From positions 372,001 through 436,000 of the forward strand of contig BAAIJX010000008.1 in assembly GCA_054600435.1 (NCBI GenBank): DNA of 64,000 nucleotides. Direction: 5' to 3'. Position numbers and translations under genes: made by a program. The notes beneath the pieces are model-generated. The model was not told where the DNA came from and made no database searches. It was given only the letters and a program-made list of their open reading frames with translations. How positions within the stretch are numbered: position 1 is the stretch's first letter; each line of letters opens with the position of its first letter. This document shows positions 25,149 through 37,388 of this stretch, piece by piece. This stretch comes from Neophaeotheca triangularis (lineage: Eukaryota).

Positions 25149-26316
25149 ATGTCCACCACCAAAGGCAAGCCCGAAGCCCCCGGCGCCGTGACACCGCAAA
25201 GGAAGATCGAACTCTTCTCCAGCACTTACTTCGGCGCATGCACCTTGGGCGGCATCATCGCCTGCGGACCAACCCACACAGCCGTCACACCTCTGGATCT
25301 GGGTGAGTCGCAATACCCCCCAAAGAGACCTCCCGTCTCAGACAAACCACACCAGCTCACACGACCACCCTTGTAGTAAAATGCCGCCGCCAAGTCGACT
25401 CGAAACTCTACAAATCCAACGTCGGAGCGTGGAAGACCATTTTCCAAAAAGAAGGCCTGCGAGGCGTCATGTTCGGCTGGGCCCCGACCTTCATAGGCTA
25501 CTCCTTCCAAGGCGCAGGCAAATACGGTTTCTACGAGGTATCTCACCATCCACCAATCCACCCCTCGTCCACCAATTCACCCCTCGTTCCCCAAGTCCAC
25601 CCCTCCTAACTTCCCCACTAGGTCTTCAAATACTACTACGGCGAGCGCCTCTTCCCCAACACGCCCAAAACCCTCGTCTACCTCGGCGCATCCGCCTCGG
25701 CCGAATTCCTCGCCGACATCGCACTCTGCCCCTTCGAAGCTATCAAAGTGCGCATGCAAACGACGCTGCCGCCCTATGCCTCGAACCTGCGCCAAGGCTG
25801 GAGCAAGATCGTCGCCCAAGAAGGCGTCGCGGGCCTCTACAAGGGCATCGTGCCCCTCTGGTCGCGCCAGATCCCCTACACCATGGTCAAGTTCGCGACC
25901 TTTGAGAGCGCCGTGAATGCCATTTACGCCGGCCTGGGCGGCAAGAAGGAGAGCTATAGCTCGCTGGCGCAGACGGGTGTGAGTTTTGCTGGTGGCTATA
26001 TCGCCGGCATCGGGTGTGCCGTTATTAGCCATCCGGCCGATGTCATGGTTAGCAAGCTCAATAGCGATATGAAATCCGGCGAGGGCACGGGGAAAGCGCT
26101 GAGCAGGATCTACGGCACTATTGGCTTCAAGGGCTTGTGGAATGGGTTGCCGCTCAGGATCGTGCAGATCGGGACGCTGACTGCGCTGCAATGGCTTAGT
26201 GAGTTTTACACGCGCCTGAGCGTTGCTAGGGAAGGGGGCTTTTTGCTAACAACAAACGTGCAGTTTACGATTCTTTCAAGGTCTATCTCGGCTTGCCTAC
26301 GACGGGTGGACACTGA
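25149..26316 (+). CDS. PIC2: Mitochondrial phosphate carrier, Pic2-like (exons 25149-25302, 25377-25537, 25622-26198, 26264-26316)
   Basis: [60 protein letters not shown] and C-terminus [10 protein letters not shown]; three canonical introns. Confidence 0.9.
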
Positions 26317-27387
26317 GGTGGTCGTGAAGAGATGCTCAGGGGCACTACCAGCTCGGCTGAAAATGGCGTTTCATGGCATACATGTTGATCTAGCGAGGCG
26401 TTACAGAAGACGGACCAGACATATGGGTGTGCTACCTCAATGTATGTACCCAAGTACTAATAATAATCCCGGATTCCCGCCACCCAAGACCGCTCTCGTA
26501 GATCTCGCTACCTGGCTTCTCATCTCCCCCGGCCTGGCGAATGTGTTCAGATCCCGAAAGGAATGTGCAGGACACGATGGAATCGCCTTAGATAGCCGTA
26601 AAAAAGGCCAGAACTTCACTTCGCAAGTCTCGTCACCGACGCGGAATCATCCATCAGCAGTAGCTAGCTCAATAACGCATCGATCGGGAGGAGAGCCGAA
26701 GGGGTGCAGTTCTAAACCGCTCTCTAGTATGGACACCGGCTAACGAATTCAGCTCCCAGATGACGGTCTTGGTACCCACCTACCAGAGACGTGGTGGCAT
26801 TAATCACTTTTCCCGCAGTCTGCTTCCAAAAGAACCCTCTCTCAACTCCGGCAAGACGCCGACGAAATCAATTCCGTCCCGCCCTGCTTGTAGACAGACC
26901 TAAACGCCACCCACCTATCACGAGTTAAGTACCAGGCCTGCTTCCTCATTCCCGTAAGCAAAAAAAACACAGCACCAAGCAAAGACAAACACGAGAAGAG
27001 CGGGAAAGAAAAAAAGGCCTCTCGTTCTTATTCCCCGAAAAGTTTCGTTTCGTCTGACCATGCTACCGAGACTTGTTACCACTACTGCCCACTTTTTCAA
27101 AGACCGCCGCACACGACCGTTTATTCAACCTCAACTCGCGACATCGTTCGTGCCATCCTTTTTAACCGAGTCCTTTTCTCGGGAAAAAAGAGAGAAAAAG
27201 AAACAAAAACAAGCGCGTCAGCCTCAAGCCTCGCGCGGGGTTGAAAGAAAACCCCATCCCTCATCAAATGCAATACCGACCCAACCGAGTGAAGCCATGA
27301 TACCCATACCCAAAAACGCCCCGTCGCGTGTCGACCCGAAACCCACAAGAAGATGTTTCCGAATGAAAAGACCAAGGAGCTGCGGTT

Positions 27388-27388
<1 letters not shown>

Positions 27389-27446
<58 letters not shown>
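27389..27446. repeat. (CT)~25 microsatellite followed by a short (CG)n run
   Basis: Direct reading. Confidence 0.95.
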
Positions 27447-27447
<1 letters not shown>

Positions 27448-27725
27448 TCGTGATGGCGTAATGATAACTTCAACGCCCGTCCATGTGTGCGTGTACGTGT
27501 GTAGTAGCCGTTGTGGTGGTGGTAGCTGGAAAAACAATAATACGCCCTCGTGATGCCGTTTGCTCGTTCGTTGCTATGCGTGATAAGGCGTGCGTGCGTG
27601 CGCGCGCGCTTGCGAGCGATCCATCAAGCTCGTGAATTCTCGCACTCGGGTCATCGGAAAACAGCGTACGATGCCGTTTCCCTCGTCTCCTCCCTCTCTA
27701 TCCAAGCGCGCCGGGTTTCAAGGTC

Positions 27726-30104
27726 CTACTCGGTGCTCATACTGCGCTCGTCGTCGTGAGAAATCCCCGCAGTAGGGCCGGTGTGCTCGAGGTCGTCTTC
27801 AATGCTGAACCTGCTAGCCTCTTGTGCACTCCGACCGCCCTGGTCGCTGTAGATGTCGCTCATAACGGCGTCTTGCTCTTCCATTAGCAAGCGCCTTCGA
27901 CTCCCGGTCGCACTGGTGCTGCTCCCGGCTTTGCCGCCTCGTCTCTGCTCACTGCCAACATCTTCAACCTCGCCATCCTTCTCGCCACGGTATAATGTTT
28001 CCCCAAACCCCTCAACCCGATTGAAATCAGGTGCGCTCCTGAAATTCGGCAGTCCGTACGCATGGTTATCTTCTTCAGCCGGTGGTGCAAAACTCCAGAC
28101 TTCCATGACCGTCTTGCCAGTGCGACTTGCCAGCACGACCGCCTTTTCCTCCTCGAAGACAACGCGCCAGACCGCTTCGGCCGGGTTTCCCAATTCACGG
28201 ACCAGACAGCCGGTTTTTAAATCCCAAACTTTGACCCGTCCATCACTACCGCCGGATACTATACGGTTGTCATCGAACTGCAAGCTCGTGACCGAATTGT
28301 CGTGAGCGGCGAGACGGTGCACCGCGCTGTAAGTTTCGAGGCTCCAGACGCGGACACTACCGTCGCTGCCGCCTGTCACAAGGGTATTATTGCGGAGTTG
28401 CAGTTGGCCGACGAGGGAGGTGTGGCCTTGCAGTTGTGCCAAGCAGGCACCAGTTCGGGGGTCCCAGACGCGGACAGAGGTATCCAGACTCCCCGTGGCG
28501 ACCCGGTTACCGTCGAAGGCGATGGCGTAGATTTGGCTAAAGTGGCCTTGGAGGGTACGGATGCAGCGGCCGTCGGCAATGGACCAGATGCGCGCAGTTG
28601 TGTCGTAGCTGCCCGAGACGACATAGTCGCCAGCGATTTCGAGGCAGCGGACAGAGGCTTGGTGGCCAACGAGGACATGCTTGCAGACGCCGCGCTTGAT
28701 GTCCCAGATGCGGAGAGTGGTGTCGCGACTGCCGCTGATGGCAATGTTAGAGCCGCTCATTTTGAGACAGCGTACAGTCGAGGTGTGTCCACGGAGCATG
28801 TGGACGGGTTGGCCGGTTGAAAGATCCCAGACGCGGACGTCCCTATCGCATCCCCCGCTCACTAGAGTCTCGCCGTGCGGTACCATTGCCCATACGCCCA
28901 TAACGTGTCCTTGCAAACACCGCAAATGCCTGCCCTCGGTGTCGAAGACGTGGATTTTCGCGTTATCCAGAGCGACGATAATGTACTCCGGGGTTAAATG
29001 TAAGGAAGTCACAACCCCTTGGTCAGGTGTTATTTGACGTTGTTGAACGGAGCCTCCAGAACGCCATGCCGTATCGACTTGAAAGCGCTGCTTGAAGTGC
29101 TTTTGGTAAGTCATGGGTTCGGGTGCTTGAAGAGGCCATCGAAGGAGAGGATCGCGCTGTCTATCTCGGGTATCCAAATCGCGAGCGCTGGGAGACTGCC
29201 ATTCATAACCGCTCATTTCCGAGTGCCACTCTCGCGGAGAATGCGCAGACTTTGAAGGTTGGTTGAATAGACTCAATCTCCGTCTCTGACTGAGTGAACG
29301 TCTCGAAGATATCGAGGATGGCCTCTCATCTTCACTCAACTGCCTGAATGAGTGCTTTTCGCACAAGCTCTTCCACGCCATATCATCGCTCACTAGCTCA
29401 TGCCACCTCTTGCTGACCTGCCCACTTCTAGCCAAAGTTCTCGGATCATCTATAAAGGTCAAGATGCGCAGGCACAGCTCATTCGGAAGCACCGAAAAAG
29501 GATCCCTCTTCAGCCGCGGACCCACAAAGTTCGCGACGAATCCGAGTACCTTCGCATCGCACATGTTGAGCAATTCGCTCAGCATTCGCTGTCGCTCGCC
29601 ATTGTCCATGTTTGCGAAGGCCGCCCGAACATGCCGGTACCCCAGACCATAGCCCCTGCTACCATCATCATGACTGTGGCTGAGCGTCTCTTCCAAATCT
29701 AAATCACCCAAGTCTTCGCGAGGATCGGCAGTACTCCAGTCGGGACCACTGTGCATGGGCGTGGGACTCGGCGCCGGGGTCGGTGGAGAAGCGGGTGCGG
29801 AGGGGAGGTTGTTACCCGGGATGACGGACGGGTTAGATGGAATGGTCATTGGCATGGGAACGCTTGTGACTCGGGATGGGTGGTTGAGAGGGCGTGGAGA
29901 TGCTGTCGAAGTCGCAGCGTTCTTACCGCTGCGGGATTGGTGAAAGCGTTCCATGCGGAGGTTCGAGGATCGTGATTGGGGTTGAGCGGAGGACATGCGG
30001 GCGAGGGCGGATGGGGGGAGAGGAGGCTCGTCGGTGGAGGGAGCGGGAGAGGAGATGTCCATGTTGTCGGGCGGGTCGCTGCGCCAGGGATGTTCGTCTG
30101 CCAT
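27726..30104 (-). CDS. F-box/WD40 SCF substrate adaptor (Cdc4/Sel-10/Fbw7-like family)
   Basis: F-box DPFSVLPNELCLRILTFI followed by about seven GH..WD repeats; first ATG (MADEHPW) at 30104. Confidence 0.9.
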   Translation of the reverse strand: MADEHPWRSDPPDNMDISSPAPSTDEPPLPPSALARMSSAQPQSRSSNLRMERFHQSRSGKNAATSTASPRPLNHPSRVTSVPMPMTIPSNPSVIPGNNLPSAPASPPTPAPSPTPMHSGPDWSTADPREDLGDLDLEETLSHSHDDGSRGYGLGYRHVRAAFANMDNGERQRMLSELLNMCDAKVLGFVANFVGPRLKRDPFSVLPNELCLRILTFIDDPRTLARSGQVSKRWHELVSDDMAWKSLCEKHSFRQLSEDERPSSISSRRSLSQRRRLSLFNQPSKSAHSPREWHSEMSGYEWQSPSARDLDTRDRQRDPLLRWPLQAPEPMTYQKHFKQRFQVDTAWRSGGSVQQRQITPDQGVVTSLHLTPEYIIVALDNAKIHVFDTEGRHLRCLQGHVMGVWAMVPHGETLVSGGCDRDVRVWDLSTGQPVHMLRGHTSTVRCLKMSGSNIAISGSRDTTLRIWDIKRGVCKHVLVGHQASVRCLEIAGDYVVSGSYDTTARIWSIADGRCIRTLQGHFSQIYAIAFDGNRVATGSLDTSVRVWDPRTGACLAQLQGHTSLVGQLQLRNNTLVTGGSDGSVRVWSLETYSAVHRLAAHDNSVTSLQFDDNRIVSGGSDGRVKVWDLKTGCLVRELGNPAEAVWRVVFEEEKAVVLASRTGKTVMEVWSFAPPAEEDNHAYGLPNFRSAPDFNRVEGFGETLYRGEKDGEVEDVGSEQRRGGKAGSSTSATGSRRRLLMEEQDAVMSDIYSDQGGRSAQEASRFSIEDDLEHTGPTAGISHDDERSMSTE

Positions 30105-30744
30105 GGTGGGATGGATATGTGCGAGCGAGGGAGGCAAGCCTAGCAGTGCTCGAGTCGAGTCGAGCCGAGTCGAATCGGGTGGCAGAGTCGGCGATTGTGG
30201 TAGCTTTGTGTAGAAGCAGACGGTGGGCGGTCACAGCGCAGTGCGACTCTGCTTGGGGAGGGATAGACGAATATGTACGTTGATCAGAACATGACCGGAG
30301 GCACGCAGACGCAGACGCAGACGCAGAGGCAGACTCGGATGAGCAAGCAGGTAAGCAAGTGAGCAATCCGACAGGCACGCGCAGCAGGCAAGTATCGCTC
30401 GAGGGTCGGCTGGTGTATCTCAGACACTACTACCTGTACCTTACCTAGGGTAATCTTCCTCGCCTCACCTCACGTACTCCCACGTAACGTCAAGTTACTC
30501 GGCGGCGGATTGATTATGCAATGCGAAGGCGGTCACGGGCTTCGGGGGCGGTCACAGCGGTCTCCACAAGGGCGCGAGTCACGCACGAATGGCGGCTGGA
30601 CTTGGGGTGGTGGAATAGTAAGAGGTAAGGAGGGTACAGTAAGGTCGGGTAGTCTCGACTCTCTACGGCTCAAACGCCAACGAGTCCAAATGTAGAAAGA
30701 AGCCTTGGACAGCACATTTGAGGAAGTAGGGAATAGATACTTGG

Positions 30745-30770
30745 GTCGTCGTCGTCGTCGTCGTCGTCGT
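30745..30770. repeat. (GTC)n microsatellite
   Basis: gtcgtcgtcgtcgtcgtcgtcgtcgt, intergenic. Confidence 0.85.
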
Positions 30771-31132
30771 TGCAGGAGGCGTCGGTGTCGGTGTCGGAGT
30801 CTGCACGCCGCTCGGCTCCAAAGATTGCGCCATTGCCATGTCCCAGACTTGGCGTCAATCTGCACTCTCTGACAGCTGCTCAAGGCTACCTTACAGTAGT
30901 ACTAGGTACTAAGAAACTATCTATCTACCGTTCACATAATAATCAAAACAGTCACCTTTGACAGTTCAAGGGAAAAAAAAGTTGAATACACTAAAATGAC
31001 AACTCGACGCCTAGCATGGGGGAAATCCTACACCATGCTCACGCTCAAGCTCACGCTCAAGCTCAAGCTCAAGCAATCAACGCATCCCACACTCATCGCC
31101 AATCCTCGTCCCCAATTCTCTTCATCTCCCAT

Positions 31133-32698
31133 CTAAGTCTGCGCCGGGCTCTTGGGGACCTCCACAGGCCTGTCGGGGTAGTAGAAGTTCTCCTCGGGAA
31201 TCCTGCCCCTCAAGAACTGCGGCTCGCTGCCCTTGACGTAGATATCCTCGTAAAGCACCTCAGGGGTCGGGTCAGGTACCTCCATCTTCTCCGCAATCGC
31301 TACCTCCTCATCGACGAGCTGTCTCGCCTCCTTGTCGATGCTCTTCAGCTCTTCCTCGGAAGTAACACCCCAGTCGAGGATCTTCTGCTTCAAGCCGGCA
31401 ATCGGGTCGTTGGTGCTGCGCATCCTCTGGATTTCCTCACGTGTGCGGTAGGTGGTGCCGGGGTCGGACATGGAGTGTCCACCGTAGCGGTAGGTGACGT
31501 ATTCGTAGACGAGAGGGCCCTTGCCGGATCTGCACCATTCCTTGCCGTATTGGACGGCCGCCTTGACGGCGAGGACGTCCATACCGTTGATCTTCAGACC
31601 AGGAATGTATTGACCACGCTTGTAGTAGTCGGTGAGAGCGGAGGAGCGGTTGGCCGAGGTACCCATGCCGTACTTGTTGTCTGTTTGGCCAGCGTTAGCG
31701 TCTCATTACTCCACCAATGTACATCTAAAAGGGAATACGCACTCTCGCAGCCAAAGATGACGGGCAGATCCCACAGCTTGGCCATGTTGAAAGCCTCAAA
31801 CACTTGACCCTGGTTGCTCGCACCGTCACCGTAGAGAGCCAATGTGCAGTTGTCCTTGTTCTCGTACTTGTTGGCGAAAGCAATACCCGCGCCGACCGGC
31901 ACTTGGGCACCAACGATACCGTTTCCACCGTAGAAGCCAGTAGCGAACATGTGCATGCTACCACCCTTTCCGTATGCGATTCCCCCACGACGACCCAGCA
32001 ATTCACCGATGATGGAGCGAACGGTACCGCCGCGCATCATGGCGAAACCGTGGCAGCGGTAGGCGGTGATGACGTGGTCGAGCTTTGTGATGGCGTGTTC
32101 GATACCGACGGCGACGGCTTCTTGGCCAGTGGACAAATGACAGAAACCGCGAATCTTCTTCTCCTTGTACAGACGATCGGCGGCCATTTCCATGCGGCTG
32201 GAGGAAGAATGTCAGCATTGCCCAAAATTAACCATACTGAGTGCGCCTGGCGAAGATCGGAGAAGGGAGCGTGACGATCAAGTGCGGCACACTGTGTTGG
32301 GAGGGCGTCTTACCGAGTAGCAACCATGTCGTAGTACATCTGCTTCAGCTCCTTCTTGGTGGTGTCGAGGGTGTACGGCGGCGGGTCCAGCTCGTAGGTC
32401 TCGAACGATTCGTCGGAGAGCTTGACTTGGAAGGGCTTGTCATCTTCCTACATGTAGCCAATGCGATTAGCCTTGTGTCCCAATGGTTCTCTCCTACGCT
32501 TCTGTTGGGACGGTCTGCTGGTGGTTGTAGACGTACCTCAGGCACCTCGCTCTTTTCCGCATGGCTGCTTGCTGCGTCGGTTGTAACTGTTCTTGTCGTC
32601 GCCCGGAGCGCCGGGGTCTGTCTGGCAACGCGAGTAGCTGGCGCAAAGCTGCTCCGGATGGGCGCCGCAAAGGCTCTGGGTGCGAATCGGGACAGCAT
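31133..32698 (-). CDS. PDA1: Pyruvate dehydrogenase E1 alpha subunit (exons 32698-32537, 32447-32314, 32197-31743, 31680-31133)
   Basis: [31 protein letters not shown] (TPP-binding) and [12 protein letters not shown]; Arg-rich mitochondrial presequence; three in-frame introns. Confidence 0.97.
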
Positions 32699-33948
32699 CT
32701 TGGCTGCAAACCTCAAATGAGGGATGTATGAGGTAGTGAAGAGACGGAGAAGGAGGGAGGTGGATTCGGGGGAGGAGGAGAGGGGTAGTGTTGGAGGGTA
32801 GTGATGGTGTTGGGTAGTAGTTTAGTTTACAGCGGAAGAGATTCTTCTTAGAGTCGTCGGATGCAGCCTGCAGGTGGTTGAGCTCTGTTTCGGAACGGAA
32901 GATGGCACGTGCAGGCCGGCCCGATTGAAGGAAGAAGGTTGAAAGAACCTCATCTCTTCTTTCGTCGACTCTACCTACTGGACTTTCCTATGTATTACCA
33001 TCACTGCTCGAATACTAGGTACCCCTTCGAGTGTGTCAATCTAGCAGGATCGACAGCGTTGGCAGTCCAGCTGCTCGTGGCATTGACTCTAGACGCTTAT
33101 CCGCACCGGTACCTCCACTGTGGCCCTCACTGGAACATGTCCGCCCGAGTTCCGAGCCAAAGCAGGCCCATCGATCCAGCGTAGACACCAAACATATTGC
33201 TGGTATTCAGATTGCGACGGCACTGCAAAGCAAGCGGTGAAACTGCAATCATGACTTGAGATCTACACCGTCGAGCACATTTGCCACCGACCCTCATCCT
33301 GTCCCGTCTCCCGGGCTTACTTGAGCTAGACCGAAAGGAGCCAAGGTGTCTGCTACTTGGGAGCCCTTGAATGAAGAAGGAATTGCACGATTGGGTCGTG
33401 GACGGCGTTCCCGACTACTTCGAAATTCATCCTAATGATAGCTAGCGACATGGCTCTTGGCGGCAACGTCGTCGAACCACCATTAACTCGTGGCGCCACC
33501 GAGCAATGGTTTGACCTTGAAGGCCTGACATCGTGCCTCAGGAAGATGCTGAGGATCCCTCTTCAGGCCAGACATCGATGAGGGTGGACGTAGCGGCCAC
33601 CCCCCACCATAAATCGTTACCCGATTGGGACTTGGAGATTTTCTGCTTACTTGGGCATCTTGCTTACCTTTCGACACTCCACTGGTCGACCATATTGAGC
33701 AAGCTTGTAAGCAGCGTTCCTAAAAACTATACCAATGAGCGTTAAGGACATTGCTTATGGGTTTCAAGCTGCGGCCTAAGTATCTACACCTTTCTTGGTC
33801 CTCATTTCCTTCTCTTCCCTGTCGATATACCCACAAGACATCCATCATCAGGAACCAAAGTAACCAAGCAAACCACACACTCCACATCCAAACAAGTCAC
33901 TACCACACAGTCACACATCGCACTAGCAAGACAGCACTCACTATCAAA

Positions 33949-34815
33949 ATGCCGGCGACTCGACAAGAACAACCACCACGCTACGGCGATCTCTTCCACG
34001 AAGAAAGCAACCTCGAGCAACTCTCAACATGGGAACGCATCGCCGCCCGCCGCATCGAGCGCGAGAACCGCGAAGCAGAACGACTCGCCACCGAGCCACT
34101 GCCGCTCTACACCGCAAGTGCGAACAAGTACTTTATCCGCACCGACGTCTTGCGACCCCACTCCATCGCGACAACGGAGAAGCTCTCCAACATCTTCACC
34201 AAACATATTTCCAATGCGCCGCTCGCAAAAGATCTACCGCTACCATTCCCACCAACACCGGCTCGTGCGCGCTACGAAATCGTCTTTCCACCGGGGTACA
34301 ACGACGTCCTCATCCAAATGCCGACTTACAAATCCGCGCTCAAGTTGAAGAACCTCCTGCCCAACTACATAGTCGACTACCCAGCCAACAAAAACCACGA
34401 AAGCGAGCCCGTGGTCGTTTTCCGCAGACAAGGCGCCTCACCAGCCAACCCGGAATTCTACGATACAATCGCCCATGTCAGGACAAAAGTCGCGAGACGG
34501 GTGGACTTCTTCATCGAGGCTTTGGCCAGCAACATCGTTTTGGGGGAGATATACCAGCAGGCTATACACCCGAACAATCAGGACGAGATCTATGAGCGTA
34601 ACATGCAGAGGCTGGCGGATCTGCTGAGGAATAATAAGGATGGTTTGCGGGAGGCGAGGAAGTGGGTGCAGAGGTTGCGGGCATTTTATGATTTTGCTGG
34701 GCTGGAGCTTACGAAGAAATCCAGGGAAGGGATTGAGGCTATGTTCAGCCGGGTGCAGAGGTTGGAGCACCGGGCTATGAAGTCGCGGGTCGTGTTGGAG
34801 GATGGGAGAGATTAA
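33949..34815 (+). CDS. Hypothetical protein, 288 aa, no recognised domain
   Basis: ATG in tcaaaATG context within a 354-codon ORF; coding-like codon usage. Confidence 0.65.
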   Translation: MPATRQEQPPRYGDLFHEESNLEQLSTWERIAARRIERENREAERLATEPLPLYTASANKYFIRTDVLRPHSIATTEKLSNIFTKHISNAPLAKDLPLPFPPTPARARYEIVFPPGYNDVLIQMPTYKSALKLKNLLPNYIVDYPANKNHESEPVVVFRRQGASPANPEFYDTIAHVRTKVARRVDFFIEALASNIVLGEIYQQAIHPNNQDEIYERNMQRLADLLRNNKDGLREARKWVQRLRAFYDFAGLELTKKSREGIEAMFSRVQRLEHRAMKSRVVLEDGRD

Positions 34816-36409
34816 CTTCCGCAGCGCGTGCGGGGAGTCGGGGCGTTTGGGAATGAAAATGGGAGTCTGATTGTATGGGCATTACAGGGTGCAGGGCGGG
34901 GCTGAAGTATGTAGGGCACTCTTTTGCCCAAGCGGCTGTTTACTCTTTTCCCCATCGGGGTTTTTAGCGAGGGCAGCAGGATGCGGGGGTACCCAAGGGA
35001 TTGAATTAAAGGCGCTTTTGTTGCATTTTCGTTGGAGTGTGAGTGGCTTTTTGTTCTTCTGTAGACTGGCAATACGACGTTTTGCCGCTCCAGGCCCTTT
35101 ATGCTTCTCATGTCTGGCGTATTGCAGTATCTTCGAAGACAAACCAAAACCATCAAAAAGACACAGAACTTGAACTCCCCAAGCCGAGCAATAGCATGGA
35201 GGTAAACCTGAATCCTTGAGGCGGCCAAAAAAAAAAAAAAAAGGATAACGAAGCTCAATATGGAAACCCCGCGGTATGAACGACACCAAAGAAAAAAAAA
35301 TCACGACTCGATTCCCCCAGCCCCTTTCGCTCGAGAAACAGAACCCGCGAGCCCACGAACAAGCAGCTCGACGAGAACGAAGCTCTGGCCGAGGGACGCG
35401 GACATGGAAGTCTGGAAATCCAGGCCGGGGCGACGACACGGTCACTCCAACCCCTCCCTCCCGCCCGGACAGGTACATACTGCTCACGACGGCTCGAGGC
35501 TGACACGCTACGACGTAGCAGTTCCGCCGGCAAGAGTTGCCTCGGGTCGCGGGAGAAGTTGTGGGCTCGCGAGGACGCAATCTTGAAGTCTGTGGGTGAT
35601 GGCACGCGCTTCTCGGACCTACGTGGGCCCCGGTCCTCGGCTTTTGGGGAAGTGGTCTGGGGAGCTGAGGAGGAGAGCTTTGGCGGTCGCGGCTTTCCGG
35701 GTGGGTCAGGGGGGGGAGGGTTGCTCTTGGCGTATTGTATGAGAGGGGTGAGGTTGTCGTTGTTTATAGCCCGGTTGATCTCGAAAGGGGTTTTGCGCGT
35801 CGTCTGGGTCGTGCTTGGAGGGTTGAGGAGGAGGAGGAGGAGGAGGCTTCTGCGGCTTAGGAGGGTGATGCTTCTGGTGGTGCTTGAGCATTCATGCGTC
35901 CATGGCCAGGATTGTTTGGAAGGCGATGCACTACGCGACACGAAAAAGAGGTTTGGGTGGAGAAGCGGAGATAGGAGCTTCAGCTTGCGGCTGGATTCGG
36001 ATCTCATCCTTGAGTCGTATTTGCTAGTATACATTTGCTAGTATGTATATGCTAGTATGCTTGTGTGCCTTTGGCTGCAGCATGCAGCTGAATTGAATGC
36101 AGGCTGCATTATCAAGTCATCCTTGCTAGTGTACATTTTCCAGTGGTGATGTTGCCTTAGTAATGCTCCCTAAACCACGTCCCTTAAACCCTGATTTGTC
36201 GTTTGTGACTCGCCCAAAGCTTCGCCCATCTGCCTTTCGAGCGGACTCTGCCGAATGCAAGTCGATTCCCAGTGATGGATAACACCTAGGGTCTAAGCTC
36301 TGGCTCCACCACGAGGCACCCTAGGACAGCGTCCCGCAGAGAGTTGAACCCTCGAATTTTTCGCCTTGCTTGTTCTTCCACAACTGTTTCCTCGACTACA
36401 GTAAGCCTC

Positions 36410-37388
36410 TCACTTCAACGTAAGCTCATCGTCGCTCTGAAGTCCAATCTACAGCCATCGAAAGTTAGCTCAACCCCTTTTTCCTGCAATATTCTGTTTT
36501 TCCAGGAGAAGAGATGGGAGGATTAATTACCTCGTTGAGGGTCTTGGTCGAACCACTTTCGATGATGATGGGATTGCCGTGCTTTTGCAAGAAAAAGCGC
36601 TTGTTGTCGAACTTGGATCTGATGCTAGGCTGGTTCTTGTAGAATTCGTGGACATCGTATTCTAGCATTCTGAACTGCGTAGTTCCCCGACGGAAGAAGG
36701 GCCTCTCACGGCAGCCTGGAGGCCTGACATAGACTTTGATCCAGCCACTAGCGATTTTGCGCTGCAGCCTCTCGATCTTTGTTTTAAGATTGCCGTTGTC
36801 GCTTTCCCGATCCTCGTTCGACTTCGCCAAGCCAACATTTTCCGCACGAAGCGCCTCGAGCTGAGCATGGAACTCCTTCGTGTCCTCCTTTGTGGCAGCG
36901 ATCTTTGCTTTTTCAAAACTATCGATGGTATCGGTGTGGGCTTGCTTGCTTTGGTTTAGAGCCTTTTGCATCTCTGCCAACTTTCCGGTCATCTGGACTT
37001 GGGATTCTCTGACAGCATCCGCGATCCTCGCAGGCACCTTCGCAAGCTCAGCATTCAAAGTCTGCTTCTCGCTTTGAAAAGCTTCGAGAGCCTCCAGCAC
37101 TTTGGCATCGATCCTCTTCTTCTCAGTCGTCTGATACTCCCGTAGGGCTCGCTTGGCATCTTCTTGCTCCTTCTCGATGGCAGATCTGAGACTCTCGATC
37201 TCGTCTTCCAAATATTGTTTGATGCTTTCGTTGTACGCTTTCATGGCTTTGACTTCGTACTCTGGCACCATGTTGGACTGCTTGCGAGTGGAAATGTCCT
37301 TGGCCACCCGAGTATCGCCACTGGTACCCATGTTGTGCTGACTGGTCGTTGAGCGTTTGAGTAAGGGTAGGATGACTCCTTTGGGCAT
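36410..37388 (-). CDS. Coiled-coil protein with a putative C-terminal SUMO/ubiquitin-like domain (exons 37388 or 37331 to 36531, and 36448-36410)
   Basis: Heptad-rich E/K/A region. The intron GTAATT..GCTAAC..GTAG adds IGLQSDDELTLK*. The start codon is uncertain. Confidence 0.65.

Noticed and set aside
25748..26743. 331-aa ORF with a long C-terminal extension
   Set aside because: It is read-through of intron 26199-26263; the spliced carrier stops at 26316.
27060..27553. ORFs with SLSLSL or RERERE runs
   Set aside because: They are translations of the (CT)n microsatellite.
34882..36041. Overlapping 160-259-aa ORFs
   Set aside because: Low complexity, no domain and no convincing start or splice model; left unresolved, a small gene is not excluded.
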